Numbered from the stretch's first letter, positions 8,625 through 19,495 are shown. The stretch: DNA of 64,000 nucleotides from Candidatus Aegiribacteria sp. (GCA_013138965.1 WTBT01000034.1:31325-95324), one strand, 5' to 3'. The notes: generated by a model from the sequence alone, not told the origin. A program made the numbers and translations.

Positions 8625-9575
8625 TCAGTCGTCTATTGATAGTTTCTGCTTCTTGAGAACCTCGTTTACGGTATCCAGTGAAGAGGGTCCGAACCCGCCG
8701 ATCTTCAGAATATCCGCGCTTTTCGTTTCAAGCAGATCGCTTACAGTCTGAATTCCTGCCGATTTCAGAACATTGGCGATCCTGGTAGGAATGTCAGTAT
8801 CATCAACTGCAAAGGACAGGAAATCGTTCTTGCTGTCCTTTTCCTCACTAATAATATCCGGTTTCTCCTCCGGTTCCAGGCCGCCTGGTATCATTTGAAG
8901 ATGCTCAATGATTATCTCACAGGCTTCATTTACTGCCTTCTTGGGATCGATGCTTCCATCTGTCTCTATATCCATAATAAGATGGTCGTAATCGGTTCTG
9001 TCTCCGACCCTGGCGCTCTTTACCTGGTAGTTGACCTTTCTGACAGGGCAGAACCATGAATCCAGAAGGATAGTTCCGGCCTTCTCTTCCTTTCCATGAA
9101 TACTCCATTCATCGGCTGGGATATAGCCTTTCCCTTTCTCAACAGTTATCTCCATGGAAAGCTTTCCGGTATCGTCCAGCTGCGCAATTTCCTGATCCTG
9201 GTTGATAACTTTCACATACTTGTCCCCGGTAAGGTCTTTACCTGTGAATTTTCCATTTTTGGAAACGTCAAGCCTGACGGTGCCTGTTTTCTGTTCTTCG
9301 AGATTAAAAATCAGAGATTTTACATTGAGAACCAGTTCAGTTACATCCTGAACCACACCGGGAAGTGTTGAAAACTGATGCTCAACGCCTTCTATCGTAA
9401 GCGAGACCGGTGCGAAACCCTCAAGCAAGGAGAGAAGCACTCTTCTCATGGCATTACCCAGTGTCCGTCCGAAACCTCTTTCCAGTGGGGTGATCTCAAG
9501 CCTACCGAATGTATCGGAGAGAGAATCTTCCTCCCATTTGATCATATCCGGAAGATATAGACTCTTATATAACAT
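8625..9575 (-). CDS. rpoA: RNA polymerase alpha subunit
   Basis: PLERGFGRTLGNAMRRVLLS; start set at MLYKSL after GGGAGGAGG. Confidence 0.97.
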   Translation of the reverse strand: MLYKSLYLPDMIKWEEDSLSDTFGRLEITPLERGFGRTLGNAMRRVLLSLLEGFAPVSLTIEGVEHQFSTLPGVVQDVTELVLNVKSLIFNLEEQKTGTVRLDVSKNGKFTGKDLTGDKYVKVINQDQEIAQLDDTGKLSMEITVEKGKGYIPADEWSIHGKEEKAGTILLDSWFCPVRKVNYQVKSARVGDRTDYDHLIMDIETDGSIDPKKAVNEACEIIIEHLQMIPGGLEPEEKPDIISEEKDSKNDFLSFAVDDTDIPTRIANVLKSAGIQTVSDLLETKSADILKIGGFGPSSLDTVNEVLKKQKLSIDD

Positions 9576-9638
9576 CTGATCCTCCTCCCAGGTTGGCAAC
9601 CCGGATGTGTTAAGCCCCAATAGGGCTATTAATTCATG

Positions 9639-10049
9639 CTAGCCGCGACGGCGTTTCGATGGACGACACCCGTTATGCGGTATCCTGGTTTGATCCTTAA
9701 TTGCTGTTACCTCAAGATTTGTTGACTGGAGAGCCCTGACTGCGGCTTCCCTTCCTGACCCCGGTCCTCTGACCCAGATCTCCACTTTCTTCAATCCCGC
9801 TTCCATTGCTTTCTCAGCCGCCTGAACCGCCGCCTGTCCTGAAGCGAATGCGGTTCCCTTTCTTGTACCTTTAACTCCGGTGGTTCCTCCGCTTGCCCAG
9901 GTAACAACATTACCGTTTCGGTCAGTTATTGTTATCATCGTGTTATTGAACGAGGACTTCACATGAGCTATGCCATGAACATCCGTTACCTTCAATGTCT
10001 TCTTCTTAGCGGCTTTTTTACTGCCCTTCGCCTTAGCTCCTTTTGGCAC
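9639..10049 (-). CDS. rpsK: 30S ribosomal protein S11
   Basis: SSFNNT, GPGSGRE, PHNGCRP. Confidence 0.98.
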   Translation of the reverse strand: MPKGAKAKGSKKAAKKKTLKVTDVHGIAHVKSSFNNTMITITDRNGNVVTWASGGTTGVKGTRKGTAFASGQAAVQAAEKAMEAGLKKVEIWVRGPGSGREAAVRALQSTNLEVTAIKDQTRIPHNGCRPSKRRRG

Positions 10050-10057
10050 AATGCCTC

Positions 10058-10420
10058 CTAACGTTTCTTACGCCCGAATTTGGGTCCTTTACAGGTACGG
10101 GCGTTTGTACGGGTCCTCTGGCCTCGGACCGGGAGTCCTCTGCGATGCCTGAGCCCGCGATAGCACCGGATATCCATCAGCCTCTTTTTGTTTATATTCA
10201 CTTCCGCCCTCAATGCGCCTTCAACCTTGTAATCTGAATCGATGACTTTTCTGAGTGCGGCTACTTCTGTTTCCGTAAGATCGTCTGTCTTTACATTGAA
10301 ATCTATTCCCGCCTTCTCAAGAATATCTCTTGAGGAAGCCAGACCTATTCCATAAATATATGGCAGTGCATAAAGAATATGCTTTTTAGGCGGAAGATCA
10401 ATTCCTGCGATTCTTGCCAC
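10058..10420 (-). CDS. rpsM: 30S ribosomal protein S13
   Basis: MARIAGID; [22 protein letters not shown]. Confidence 0.98.
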   Translation of the reverse strand: MARIAGIDLPPKKHILYALPYIYGIGLASSRDILEKAGIDFNVKTDDLTETEVAALRKVIDSDYKVEGALRAEVNINKKRLMDIRCYRGLRHRRGLPVRGQRTRTNARTCKGPKFGRKKR

Positions 10421-10451
10421 TGATTACCTCCGTAATTGCCTTGATCTCTTT

Positions 10452-10568
10452 TTATCCCTGTCTCTGCTTGTGCTTGGGGTTACGCGAACAGATTACATGA
10501 ACTGTCCCGCGCCTTCGCACTACCCTGCAGTATTCACACATCTTTTTAACTGAGCTGCGTACCTTCAT
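10452..10568 (-). CDS. rpmJ: 50S ribosomal protein L36 (Zn-binding form; not in ORF track)
   Basis: Manual translation [38 protein letters not shown]. Confidence 0.97.
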   Translation of the reverse strand: MKVRSSVKKMCEYCRVVRRRGTVHVICSRNPKHKQRQG

Positions 10569-10578
10569 TGTTCGATCC

Positions 10579-10797
10579 TCACTTGTACCTGTAAGTAATA
10601 CGGCCACGGTTCAGGTCGTATGGAGAGAGCTCAACCGTTACCCTGTCACCCACCAGAATCCGTATATTGTTCATTCGCATTTTGCCTGATATGTAGCAGA
10701 GAGCCACATGTCCATTCATTCCATCAAGTTCAACACGGCACTGATAATTCGGCAGCGTATCAACTACGGTTCCATCTCTGGGAACATTCTTGGTCAA
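10579..10797 (-). CDS. infA: Translation initiation factor IF-1
   Basis: [27 protein letters not shown]. Confidence 0.97.
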   Translation of the reverse strand: MTKNVPRDGTVVDTLPNYQCRVELDGMNGHVALCYISGKMRMNNIRILVGDRVTVELSPYDLNRGRITYRYK

Positions 10798-10847
10798 TGT
10801 TAATCCTCTCTATATTCTAACAGAACGCATATCATTGGTAATTATCA

Positions 10848-11591
10848 TCATGCCGTCAATATCAGCGGTTCGGAGCCGCATACAACAATCGAGTGCTCAG
10901 CATGGGCAGAGAGACTGCCATCAACGGTAACGACTGTCCAGTTATCCTGAAGTGTTCTGACTCGATATCCGCCGATATTAATCATCGGTTCAATCGCCAG
11001 TGTAAGGCCCTCTGCAAGTTTCATGCCTCTTCCTGTTCTGCCGAAATTGGGTACCTGGGGCGGCTCGTGCAGTTTCCTGCCGATACCGTGACCCACAAGT
11101 GCCCTGACAACACTGAATCCCCGGGCTTCAACATGATCCTGAATCACTGAACCGATATCACCCAGAGTGTTTCCCGGCCTTGCGGCTTCAATGCCCCTAT
11201 CCCGGGCTTCGTACACCGTTTTCACCAGCAGCATTGCCCTCGGATCAGCCAGCCCAACAACTACTGTGTCGGCAGCATCTCCATGAAAACCGCCCTTGAA
11301 GGCTCCGACATCAATACTGACAAGATCTCCTTCCATCACTCTCCGTTTCCTGGAAGGAATACCGTGAACAACCTCACAGTTGATGGAAACACACACTGCC
11401 GCAGGATAACCGTTGTAGCCAAGAAACGATGGTGCTGCCCCCTCGGCTTCAATTACTTTCCGGCCAACAGTTTCGATCTCCTTTGTAGATACTCCCGGCT
11501 CAATGAAGGATTTCATCTCTTCAAGAGCAAGCCTGACGATTCTGCCGGATTCCTTCATGAGATCAATATCTCCACCGGTAATTATACCCAT
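10848..11591 (-). CDS. map: Type I methionyl aminopeptidase
   Basis: VVHGIP, GHGIG..LHE.P, AIEPM, AHAEH. Confidence 0.96.
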   Translation of the reverse strand: MGIITGGDIDLMKESGRIVRLALEEMKSFIEPGVSTKEIETVGRKVIEAEGAAPSFLGYNGYPAAVCVSINCEVVHGIPSRKRRVMEGDLVSIDVGAFKGGFHGDAADTVVVGLADPRAMLLVKTVYEARDRGIEAARPGNTLGDIGSVIQDHVEARGFSVVRALVGHGIGRKLHEPPQVPNFGRTGRGMKLAEGLTLAIEPMINIGGYRVRTLQDNWTVVTVDGSLSAHAEHSIVVCGSEPLILTA

Positions 11592-12217
11592 ATCAGCATT
11601 TCTTTTCTGATTCTTTCGTTCACCTGATCTATGGTACCGAAACCATCTATCTCAAGAAGTCTGTTTTCGTAGTAGTTCTCAAGGTGTCTGGTGAGATTGT
11701 GGTAATGATCAAGCCTTTTCTTAACGATTTCCGAGCTGTCATCATTGCGTTTTGCAAATGGTTCTCTGCACACCGGGCAGATATCCCCTTCTTTGCGGAT
11801 GTCACTGCCTGTATCACTGTATTTGTTCGAACAGACGCATACAAGCCTTCCAGTCAACCTTCGTATGACCTCTTCATCAGGAATATGAATAAATATCGCG
11901 CCGGTAAGGGGTTTTCCCGCATTCTCAAGATATTCGTCAAGAGACTTCGCCTGTGACAAATTCCTGGGATAACCATCAAGGAGAAAGTTATCGATGGTCT
12001 CTATCCTGCTGAAAACCTCTTCATTCATGATCTCATCACTGACAAGATGCCCCGATTCAACTATTTCGCGAATACGTTGTCCCAACTCTGAACCACTGCT
12101 GATCTCTTCTCTGCAAAGCAAACCCGTTGAAATATGCTGCAGGCCGAAGCAGGAGGATATTCTATCCGCCTGTGTGCCCTTTCCGGAGCCAGGTGGTCCA
12201 AAGAAGGTAATTCGCAT
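11582..12217 (-). CDS. adk: Adenylate kinase
   Basis: GPPGSGKGTQ, LLDGYPR, Cys-containing LID. Confidence 0.96.
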   Translation of the reverse strand: MRITFFGPPGSGKGTQADRISSCFGLQHISTGLLCREEISSGSELGQRIREIVESGHLVSDEIMNEEVFSRIETIDNFLLDGYPRNLSQAKSLDEYLENAGKPLTGAIFIHIPDEEVIRRLTGRLVCVCSNKYSDTGSDIRKEGDICPVCREPFAKRNDDSSEIVKKRLDHYHNLTRHLENYYENRLLEIDGFGTIDQVNERIRKEMLIWV

Positions 12218-12218
12218 G

Positions 12219-13523
12219 TTATCTTCTTCCTCTTATCTTGCCTTTACTTAGAAATCCGTCGTAATGCCTCATAAGAAGATGTGTCTCGATCTGCCTGAGT
12301 GTTTCAAGGGCTACACCAACTACGATAAGCAGGCTGGTGCCGCCGAACATGAAGTTAACATTGGCGTGCCTGGTCATAAGCATTGGCATGACTGCTATGG
12401 CAGCCAGGAAGATTGCTCCCGGTAGCGTAACCCTTACAAGCACCTTCTCGATGTACTTCGCAGTACTTTTACCGGGTTTTCTTCCGGGTATGAAACCTCC
12501 GTATTTCTTCATGTTATCAGCAAGGTCCTGAGGATTGAAAGTTATTGCTGTATAAACATATGCGAAAAGAATAATCAGCAGGGTGTATACGGTTATATAA
12601 ACGGCTCCCCCCGGCGAAAGATGGGTGTTTACCCATGTATCTATCCCTGAATTGGGAAAGAACATGGCTATGCTGCTGGGAAACATCATAAAGGCCTGGG
12701 CGAAAATGACCGGTATAACACCGGCTGTATTCAGTCTCAGTGGGATATGAGTGCTCTGCCCGCCGTAGACTTTCCGCCCCCTTACCTGCTTGGCATAAGT
12801 AACGGGTATCCTTCGCTGCGATTCAGTCATGAGGACAACAAATGCCACAATAGCGAACATGAAGACGCCCAGGAAAATCGCAGTTAAGAACCCGGTCTGC
12901 TGAAGCACAAACACGTCCTGATAGATGGATACCAAGGCCCCTGGAAGCCTGCCCACGATCCCGGCGAATATAATAAGGCTGATACCGTTGCCTATACCGC
13001 GCTCAGTTATCCGTTCACCAAGCCACATGACGAATATAGTACCGGTTATGAGAGTTACAACGGTCTGAACAGTAAAAGCAATACCCGGATGTGGTACTAT
13101 CATCATACCCTGGCTGTTAAGACCGATAAGATACTGTGAAATACCCAGCCCCTGTATCATCGCAAGCAGTACGGTGCCGTACCTGGTAATCTCCGTTATT
13201 TTCTGGCGCCCGGCTTCTCCCTCTTTTTTGAGTCTCTCAAAATAGGGGAATACCGAAGTAAGAAGCTGTATGATAATCGATGCTGAGATATACGGCATTA
13301 TGCCAAGGGCAAATACGGAAGCCCGCCGAAGAGCTCCTCCTACAAACAGGTCATACATGCCCATTAATCCGCCGCCGCCGCTGAACGCCTGGTTGAGAGC
13401 GTCACCATCAATTCCTGGAACCGGAATGTGACCCCCTATCCTGTAAACCGCGAGCAGAAGGAAAGTATAGAATACCTTCTTCCTTAACTCCGGAATCTTC
13501 AGGATATTCTCAAAACCACGCAT
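12219..13523 (-). CDS. secY: Preprotein translocase subunit SecY
   Basis: FALGIMPYISASII, GIGNGISL, FIPGRKPG, GGTSLLIVVGV. Confidence 0.98.
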   Translation of the reverse strand: MRGFENILKIPELRKKVFYTFLLLAVYRIGGHIPVPGIDGDALNQAFSGGGGLMGMYDLFVGGALRRASVFALGIMPYISASIIIQLLTSVFPYFERLKKEGEAGRQKITEITRYGTVLLAMIQGLGISQYLIGLNSQGMMIVPHPGIAFTVQTVVTLITGTIFVMWLGERITERGIGNGISLIIFAGIVGRLPGALVSIYQDVFVLQQTGFLTAIFLGVFMFAIVAFVVLMTESQRRIPVTYAKQVRGRKVYGGQSTHIPLRLNTAGVIPVIFAQAFMMFPSSIAMFFPNSGIDTWVNTHLSPGGAVYITVYTLLIILFAYVYTAITFNPQDLADNMKKYGGFIPGRKPGKSTAKYIEKVLVRVTLPGAIFLAAIAVMPMLMTRHANVNFMFGGTSLLIVVGVALETLRQIETHLLMRHYDGFLSKGKIRGRR

Positions 13524-13966
13524 TAAGAAAGCACCTCCACCGAACCCCCGGCGGATTCAATCATCTCTGCGGCGCTGGAACTGAATGAATGAGCGCATAC
13601 GGTAAGCGCCTTCTTCAGTTCTCCCCTTCCAAGGATCTTGACCGGACGAAATCTGGAAGAAACCAGCCCGGCATCCTTCATTCTATCAGGGGTTACTACG
13701 CTGTCCGCGGCAAACCTGTCAAGGTTCTCAACGTTGACTATCTGAAACGCCCTGGCGAATCGGGTATTATTGAACCCCTTGTGACTCATGCGTCTCTGCA
13801 CCGGCATCTGACCACCTTCGAACCAGGGCTGAATGCTGCTTCTGGCCCTCTGGCCCTTATGACCTTTGCCGCTGGTTCCACCGGTGCCGGTACCCCGTCC
13901 GCGGCCTCGCCTGGAAGAAACTTTGGTGGCTCCTCTGGCAGGCCTCAGGTGCTGTAAGCGTCTCAT
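13523..13966 (-). CDS. rplO: 50S ribosomal protein L15
   Basis: GKGHKGQRAR; FEGGQMP. Confidence 0.97.
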   Translation of the reverse strand: MRRLQHLRPARGATKVSSRRGRGRGTGTGGTSGKGHKGQRARSSIQPWFEGGQMPVQRRMSHKGFNNTRFARAFQIVNVENLDRFAADSVVTPDRMKDAGLVSSRFRPVKILGRGELKKALTVCAHSFSSSAAEMIESAGGSVEVLS

Positions 13967-14154
13967 TATTCAACCTCCTCGACCTCTAGCAGATGCACAA
14001 CTCTGTTCACCATACCGCGTATTTCCGGCCTGTCAGGATGAATGACGGTATGATGCAGTCTTTTCAGTCCGAGGGCTTTCAGAGTGCGCTTCTGCACTTC
14101 TTTCCGGCCGATTGCACTTTTTATCTGAGTTATTCTGAGTTTCCTGTCAGCCAT
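13966..14154 (-). CDS. rpmD: 50S ribosomal protein L30
   Basis: [10 protein letters not shown]...TLKALGL...IRGMV. Confidence 0.96.
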   Translation of the reverse strand: MADRKLRITQIKSAIGRKEVQKRTLKALGLKRLHHTVIHPDRPEIRGMVNRVVHLLEVEEVE

Positions 14155-14704
14155 CGTTTCCCCTTCTGGCCACAGCTGCCTGCCGGTATCCGCTGACTCT
14201 ATCGATCAGAACAAGATCCTTCAGACCCGTCATAGTAGCTTTGACAACGTTATGAGGGTTATTGGAGCCCTGGGATTTAGTAAGCACATCCTTTATCCCC
14301 GCACATTCCATTACTGCCCTGACTGCGGACCCTGCAATAACACCTGTACCTGAACTGGCCGGACGGAGCATGACCTTTCCAGCTCCATGTCTGCCCAGGA
14401 TCTTATGAGGAATTGTCCTGCCATCTATCAGCGGAATGCTGATCATGTTCTTTCGCGCGCAATCCGTAGCCTTTCTTATAGCCTCCGGCAGTTCCGTCGC
14501 TTTGCCCAGTCCAACTCCAACTTTTCCCTTGGCGTCACCTACTGCGACAATCGCGTTGAACCCAAAGTTTCTGCCGCCCTTCGTAACCTTTGCTACCCTG
14601 TTTACGGCGATAAGCCTGTCAATAAGGCCAGCTTCTTCGAGTTTTGAAACCCTCTGCTTCTGCTTCTGATTCGATCTGTCCTTCTTATTCTGTTTTCTAT
14701 CCAA
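14147..14704 (-). CDS. rpsE: 30S ribosomal protein S5
   Basis: [13 protein letters not shown]; GTGVIAG. Confidence 0.97.
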   Translation of the reverse strand: MDRKQNKKDRSNQKQKQRVSKLEEAGLIDRLIAVNRVAKVTKGGRNFGFNAIVAVGDAKGKVGVGLGKATELPEAIRKATDCARKNMISIPLIDGRTIPHKILGRHGAGKVMLRPASSGTGVIAGSAVRAVMECAGIKDVLTKSQGSNNPHNVVKATMTGLKDLVLIDRVSGYRQAAVARRGNDG

Positions 14705-14721
14705 TGTATTGACTGTCCCTT

Positions 14722-15084
14722 CTATAACCTGAGGCCGGCTTCACGGGCATTCTCAGCCAGTGCTTTGACTCTACCGTGATAAGCATGTCCACCGCGGTCA
14801 AAGACAGCTTTATCAATACCCTTCTCCTTAGCCTTATCGGCAAGAAGCCTGCCGAGTCTGGAAGCCTGTTCGCATTTACTCTCCTTCTTGACGGTTGAAA
14901 AACTGCCTGATTTGGTAGTCAGTGTGAGCAGTGTCTCCCCCGTCAGATCGTTGATTAGACTGGCTTCCATATGCTTCAGGGATCTTCTTACAAGCAGCCT
15001 CGGTATTTCGTCAGTTCCATACAGTCTCTTCCTTATATGGAAGTGCCGACGTCGGAGGCGCTGTCTTCTGGTTAACTTAGCCAT
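14722..15084 (-). CDS. rplR: 50S ribosomal protein L18
   Basis: [18 protein letters not shown]. Confidence 0.97.
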   Translation of the reverse strand: MAKLTRRQRLRRRHFHIRKRLYGTDEIPRLLVRRSLKHMEASLINDLTGETLLTLTTKSGSFSTVKKESKCEQASRLGRLLADKAKEKGIDKAVFDRGGHAYHGRVKALAENAREAGLRL

Positions 15085-15104
15085 TTTTCAGTCTCCTCCT
15101 GACA

Positions 15105-15647
15105 CTAGGTTATTGTTTTGACGGCTTTACGCTTGACATGCTGATCGGAATAGCGGAATCCTATAAGATTATACGGTTCTACCTTCTTGATCTTATACAA
15201 CTCCGCGCTGAAGGCACCGACCAGATGCTTGTCAATACCGCTAACGGTAAGCGTAAAGGTGTTCTGTCCCGGTTTTATGACGATCTCAAGGCCGCCGGGT
15301 ATCTCAAAAAGAACTTTGTGTGAAAACCCAAGCTGCATTTCAAGGATCTGCCCTTTTACTTCACCCTGATATCCTTTGCCATGAACGATCAGGATTTTGT
15401 TATGACCTTCAGAAACTCCCTTGATCAGGTTGGCCAGATGGGCCCTTGTTGTTCCGTGAAGCCTGATCAGTTCCCTGGTTTCGCTTTTCCGTGACAGTAC
15501 TATCTCGTCAGCGATCTTAACCTTGATCCCGGAGGGAATTGTCAGACACATCTCGCCCTTCGGTCCCTTTACGGTGATTACGTTCTTCTTACCTGTCACT
15601 GTAACCTTTTCAGGTACAGGAATGGGTAATCTACCTACTCGTGACAT
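15105..15647 (-). CDS. rplF: 50S ribosomal protein L6 (divergent C-terminal motif)
   Basis: MSRVGRLPI, VKGPKG, LGFSH; spc operon position. Confidence 0.96.
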   Translation of the reverse strand: MSRVGRLPIPVPEKVTVTGKKNVITVKGPKGEMCLTIPSGIKVKIADEIVLSRKSETRELIRLHGTTRAHLANLIKGVSEGHNKILIVHGKGYQGEVKGQILEMQLGFSHKVLFEIPGGLEIVIKPGQNTFTLTVSGIDKHLVGAFSAELYKIKKVEPYNLIGFRYSDQHVKRKAVKTIT

Positions 15648-15661
15648 CCTCTTACCTCTCC

Positions 15662-16057
15662 TTACCAGACGTGGAGCAGTACTTCGCCGCCCACATGCTG
15701 TTTTCTTGCTTCAGCGTCGGTCAAAACGCCTCTGGGAGTTGTAAGAACAGCGACCCCGCGTCCCCCCATTACCCTGGGAAGATTGGCGGCATCGGCGTAT
15801 ACCCTGCAGCCGGGTTTTGATATTCTCTTGATCCCAACGATCAGAGGTTGATCATTACTGAATGCGAGGTAGACCCTCAGTATACCCTGCTTCCCATCCT
15901 CCATTCTTCTGAAACCCCTGATGAACCCTTTGTTGTAAAGAGTCCTTGCTATTGAAGTTTTCAGCTTCGAAGCAGGGATATCAACTATCTTATGTTCTGC
16001 CCGGGAAGCATTTCGAATCCGGGTAAGCATATCCGCTATTGGATCTGTCATTGACAT
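15662..16057 (-). CDS. rpsH: 30S ribosomal protein S8
   Basis: TDPIADMLTRIRNA; RISKPG. Confidence 0.98.
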   Translation of the reverse strand: MSMTDPIADMLTRIRNASRAEHKIVDIPASKLKTSIARTLYNKGFIRGFRRMEDGKQGILRVYLAFSNDQPLIVGIKRISKPGCRVYADAANLPRVMGGRGVAVLTTPRGVLTDAEARKQHVGGEVLLHVW

Positions 16058-16069
16058 GTTTCTGCCTCC

Positions 16070-16255
16070 CTACCAGCTTGCTTTGCGTACGCCGGGAATA
16101 AGGCCCCTGTTGACCATATCCCGGAAACAGATACGACAAATACCGAATTTTCTCAAGTATGCCCTCGGACGCCCACAGATAGAGCACCGATTGTACTTCC
16201 TGACCTTGAACTTGGGGGTTTTCTTCTGTTTTTCTACAAGAGCTTTTCTAGCCAA
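16070..16255 (-). CDS. rpsN: 30S ribosomal protein S14, Zn-binding (type Z)
   Basis: RCSICGRPR...GICRICFR...PGVRKASW. Confidence 0.97.
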   Translation of the reverse strand: MARKALVEKQKKTPKFKVRKYNRCSICGRPRAYLRKFGICRICFRDMVNRGLIPGVRKASW

Positions 16256-16272
16256 TTTATCTCCACCCCCTG

Positions 16273-16833
16273 CTAACGCGAACTCGTGCGGAAAGGCATG
16301 CCTATAAGCTTTAAAAGCTCAAGGCCTTCCTCATCCGTGGATGCGTCTGTTACGATGGTTATGTTCATTCCCCTGAATTTATCAATACTGTCTACATTGA
16401 TCTCAGGAAATATTGCCTGTTCCTCAACACCGAAATTGTAGTTGCCGTGCCCATCGAATCCTTTTGGGGAAAGGCCCCTGAAATCCCTTACCTGAGGTAT
16501 GGAAAACGTGATAAGCCTGTCCAGGAACTCCCACATTCTGTTGCCTCTTAGAGTGACGAATGTTCCGATAGGTGTTCCCTCCCGAAGACGGAATCCTGCA
16601 ATTGACTTCTTGGCCTTTGCAACCACCGGCATCTGACCAGTAATGGTAGCAAGCTGTTCGGTCGCGTTCTTCAGGTTGTTCGCGTTATCCATGGCTTCTC
16701 TTCCGAGCCCCATGTTTATCACGACTTTCTGGACGCGGGGAGTTCTATTCACGTTATCATATTCAAAACGCTTTATCATCTTATCCCGCAGTTCCTCTAT
16801 ATACAGCTTCTCAAGCCTTGGCAATGTTCTCAC
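16273..16833 (-). CDS. rplE: 50S ribosomal protein L5
   Basis: [13 protein letters not shown]; [13 protein letters not shown]. Confidence 0.98.
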   Translation of the reverse strand: MRTLPRLEKLYIEELRDKMIKRFEYDNVNRTPRVQKVVINMGLGREAMDNANNLKNATEQLATITGQMPVVAKAKKSIAGFRLREGTPIGTFVTLRGNRMWEFLDRLITFSIPQVRDFRGLSPKGFDGHGNYNFGVEEQAIFPEINVDSIDKFRGMNITIVTDASTDEEGLELLKLIGMPFRTSSR

Positions 16834-16843
16834 TGGTCACCTC

Positions 16844-17161
16844 CTAACCGGTTGATATTGTTTCGTTGCATGCTTTGCAGTGGCGCTGAAGTCTGCCTTC
16901 TTCGTTTCTGATCCGCTTTATACCGGAAGCTTCCCCGCAACCGGGACATACCACATGCAGATTGGAAAGATGTATCGCAGCTTCCTTCTCAATGATTCCT
17001 CCCTGCTGATTGCGGGAGGACGGCCTGGTATGCCTCTTTATAAGGTTAAGTCCCTCAACGATCGCACGATTGTTTCGAGTGAATACTTTGAGGATCCTAC
17101 CTTCCTTGCCCCTTTCCGCACCGGTCAGGACACGCACCTTATCTCCCTTTCTGATATTCAT
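16844..17161 (-). CDS. rplX: 50S ribosomal protein L24
   Basis: IRKGDKV, GGIIEKEAAIH; two CxxC pairs. Confidence 0.97.
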   Translation of the reverse strand: MNIRKGDKVRVLTGAERGKEGRILKVFTRNNRAIVEGLNLIKRHTRPSSRNQQGGIIEKEAAIHLSNLHVVCPGCGEASGIKRIRNEEGRLQRHCKACNETISTG

Positions 17162-17526
17162 CAGATCACCTCCGGAGCCAGGGAAACTATTTTCATAAAA
17201 TGCTCCCTCAACTCGCGTCCAACAGGTCCGAAAATTCTTGTCGCGACCGGTTGGTAGGATTCATCCAGAATGACCGCTGCATTGTCTCCGAACCGGACGG
17301 ATGTTCCGTCATTCCTGTTCAATTCTTTCCTAACCCGGACAATAACCGCCCTGCGCACTTCCTTGGCCTTGACTGCGCCATCGGGCAGGGCATCCTTTAC
17401 AGTGACCACAATAACGTCTCCGATGGTTGCGTACCTGCGTCTGGTGCCCCCAAGAACCTTGATACACTGCACAGTACGGGCACCTGAATTGTCCGCAACT
17501 TTCAGTTTTGTTTCTGCCTGAATCAT
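17161..17526 (-). CDS. rplN: 50S ribosomal protein L14
   Basis: VADNSGA; TRIFGPV; IVSLAPEV. Confidence 0.98.
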   Translation of the reverse strand: MIQAETKLKVADNSGARTVQCIKVLGGTRRRYATIGDVIVVTVKDALPDGAVKAKEVRRAVIVRVRKELNRNDGTSVRFGDNAAVILDESYQPVATRIFGPVGRELREHFMKIVSLAPEVI

Positions 17527-17538
17527 CGCCGATTCCTC

Positions 17539-17802
17539 CTATTGTGCCCGTTCCACTATATCGAGAACACGCCAGCGCTTGGTTTTCGAGAGAGGTCGTG
17601 TTTCCGATATGGAAATCTTGTCTCCCGGGTTGCACTGATTCTCTTCATCGTGGACGTAATACTTCTTTGTTGTTCGGTAGCGCTTCTTGTAAACCGGGTG
17701 TGCCTTGAGGGATACAACCTCCACAACAACCGTTTTTTCCATGGTGTTGGAAATCACGGTTCCGGTAAGAATCCTTCTGTTTCCTGTTTTTGCTTCGACC
17801 AT
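17539..17802 (-). CDS. rpsQ: 30S ribosomal protein S17
   Basis: HPVYKK; [11 protein letters not shown]; start trimmed to MVEAKT. Confidence 0.96.
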   Translation of the reverse strand: MVEAKTGNRRILTGTVISNTMEKTVVVEVVSLKAHPVYKKRYRTTKKYYVHDEENQCNPGDKISISETRPLSKTKRWRVLDIVERAQ

Positions 17803-17803
17803 A

Positions 17804-18022
17804 TTAATGTCCTTCCCCGGTCCTGGATTCCAACCCCAGATCAAGCTCTCTGATTACAGTAAGTGTTCTGGCGAGATTCTTCCGGGTAATCCGTATCCGA
17901 AGGGGGTTGTCCAGCGGCTGGGTAGTTCTGCGAAACCTGAGGTTGAAGATTTCCTGCCTGAGCTCCCGAGCATGCTCTTCAAGTTCTTCAAGGCTCATCG
18001 AACGAAGCTCATCGGTTTTCAT
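17804..18022 (-). CDS. rpmC: 50S ribosomal protein L29
   Basis: [10 protein letters not shown]...FNLRF...RKNLARTLT. Confidence 0.95.
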   Translation of the reverse strand: MKTDELRSMSLEELEEHARELRQEIFNLRFRRTTQPLDNPLRIRITRKNLARTLTVIRELDLGLESRTGEGH

Positions 18023-18442
18023 CTACATATCCTCCTTATCCCGAACCATAAATCTGGTTTTTATGGGAAGCTTGTGTCCAGCAAGCCTCATGGCGGATCT
18101 TGCCAGTTCAAGCGGGACTCCCTCAAGCTCGAACATCACTCGCCCCGGCTTGACAACAGCAACCCAGTGATCCACTGCGCCCTTACCCTTACCCATACGG
18201 GTTTCGGCAGGAGTTGAAGTAACGGGTTTGTCTGGAAATACTCTGATCCAGACCTTTCCGCCCCTCTTCACATGCCTGGTGAGCGCGACTCTGGCCGCCT
18301 CGATCTGAGCACTGGTAATCCATGCCGGCTCAAGTGCCTGCAACCCGTATTCACCGAAGGATACGTTACCGCCGCCTTTGGCTCTGCCTCTCATACGGCC
18401 ACGGTGCTGCTTCCTGTACTTAGTCCTTTTAGGCATCAACAT
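18023..18442 (-). CDS. rplP: 50S ribosomal protein L16
   Basis: [12 protein letters not shown]; RMGKGKG. Confidence 0.98.
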   Translation of the reverse strand: MLMPKRTKYRKQHRGRMRGRAKGGGNVSFGEYGLQALEPAWITSAQIEAARVALTRHVKRGGKVWIRVFPDKPVTSTPAETRMGKGKGAVDHWVAVVKPGRVMFELEGVPLELARSAMRLAGHKLPIKTRFMVRDKEDM

Positions 18443-18448
18443 CGCTGA

Positions 18449-19111
18449 TCACCTGCTATCCACAGTACCGGGTATCGGCGGCTCGTGCACTTCACCTTTG
18501 TATATCCAGACCTTGACTCCGATGGTTCCGTACGTAGTCAATGCGACATCCCGGGAGAAATCAATATCCGCCCTGAGGGTGTGGAGCGGAACCCTGCCCT
18601 CGTGATAGGTGTTGACTCTGGACATTTCCGCACCACCAAGCCTTCCGGCACATGATACCTTGATTCCTTCAGCGCCATCTGTTATCGCATCCCTGATGGC
18701 CATTCTCATCGCTCTTCTGACAGAGACCCGGCCTTCCACCTGACGGGCTATCTTATCCGCGACAAGAGTAGCGTCACATCTGTCTTTTCTTATTTCCTGA
18801 ACCTTGGTTCTAACGGTTTTACCGCCGACCAGGACTTTCAGTTCATTGGTTATCCTGTCAATATTGGAACCCTTGCTCCCGATAACCTGCCCCGGACGCG
18901 CGGTCCAGATCACTACTTCCACTTCCTGTGGTTTCCTGAAGATCTCAATCCGGGAAACTCTGGCTTTCTCCAGCCTTGAGCCCAGGTATCGGCGGATGTC
19001 GGCATCTTCTTTCAGATACTCGGCATACTTCCTGCCCCTGGCAAACCATGTGGAATCCCAGCCACGGCTGATGCCAAGACGGAGGCCGACAGGATTGGTT
19101 TTCTGACCCAT
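18449..19111 (-). CDS. rpsC: 30S ribosomal protein S3
   Basis: MGQKTNPVGLRLG; GRVPLHTLRADID. Confidence 0.98.
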   Translation of the reverse strand: MGQKTNPVGLRLGISRGWDSTWFARGRKYAEYLKEDADIRRYLGSRLEKARVSRIEIFRKPQEVEVVIWTARPGQVIGSKGSNIDRITNELKVLVGGKTVRTKVQEIRKDRCDATLVADKIARQVEGRVSVRRAMRMAIRDAITDGAEGIKVSCAGRLGGAEMSRVNTYHEGRVPLHTLRADIDFSRDVALTTYGTIGVKVWIYKGEVHEPPIPGTVDSR

Positions 19112-19112
19112 A

Positions 19113-19484
19113 CTATTCCTCTCGTCCCTGTTCGGCCGCCTGATCAGTATTGACAACCGTAACTGCTATATGACTTGTTCTATGTCTGATTCTGGTCGCT
19201 CTGCCCCGAGCCCTCGGTCTCCATGTCATCCTGGTAGGGCCCTCGTCGACAATGACGTTCCGGATAACCAGTTCGTCCACATCGAGTCGCTCTCCCTCCG
19301 CCTTCTGAATGGCATTGGCCACGGCGGAATCCAGAGTTTTCTCGATGATTCGTGATGCGTTCCGGGGAACCGTCATCAGAATGGATAAAGCCTGGTTAAC
19401 CGTCTTGCCGCGGATAAGATCCGCGATGTACCTTGCCTTGCGGGGGGGAACTTTAACGTATCTTGCTCTGGCAACTGCCTTCAT
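19113..19484 (-). CDS. rplV: 50S ribosomal protein L22
   Basis: PRKAR..ADLIRG; RPRARGRA...TSHI. Confidence 0.97.
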   Translation of the reverse strand: MKAVARARYVKVPPRKARYIADLIRGKTVNQALSILMTVPRNASRIIEKTLDSAVANAIQKAEGERLDVDELVIRNVIVDEGPTRMTWRPRARGRATRIRHRTSHIAVTVVNTDQAAEQGREE

Positions 19485-19495
19485 ACCTTCCCTCC

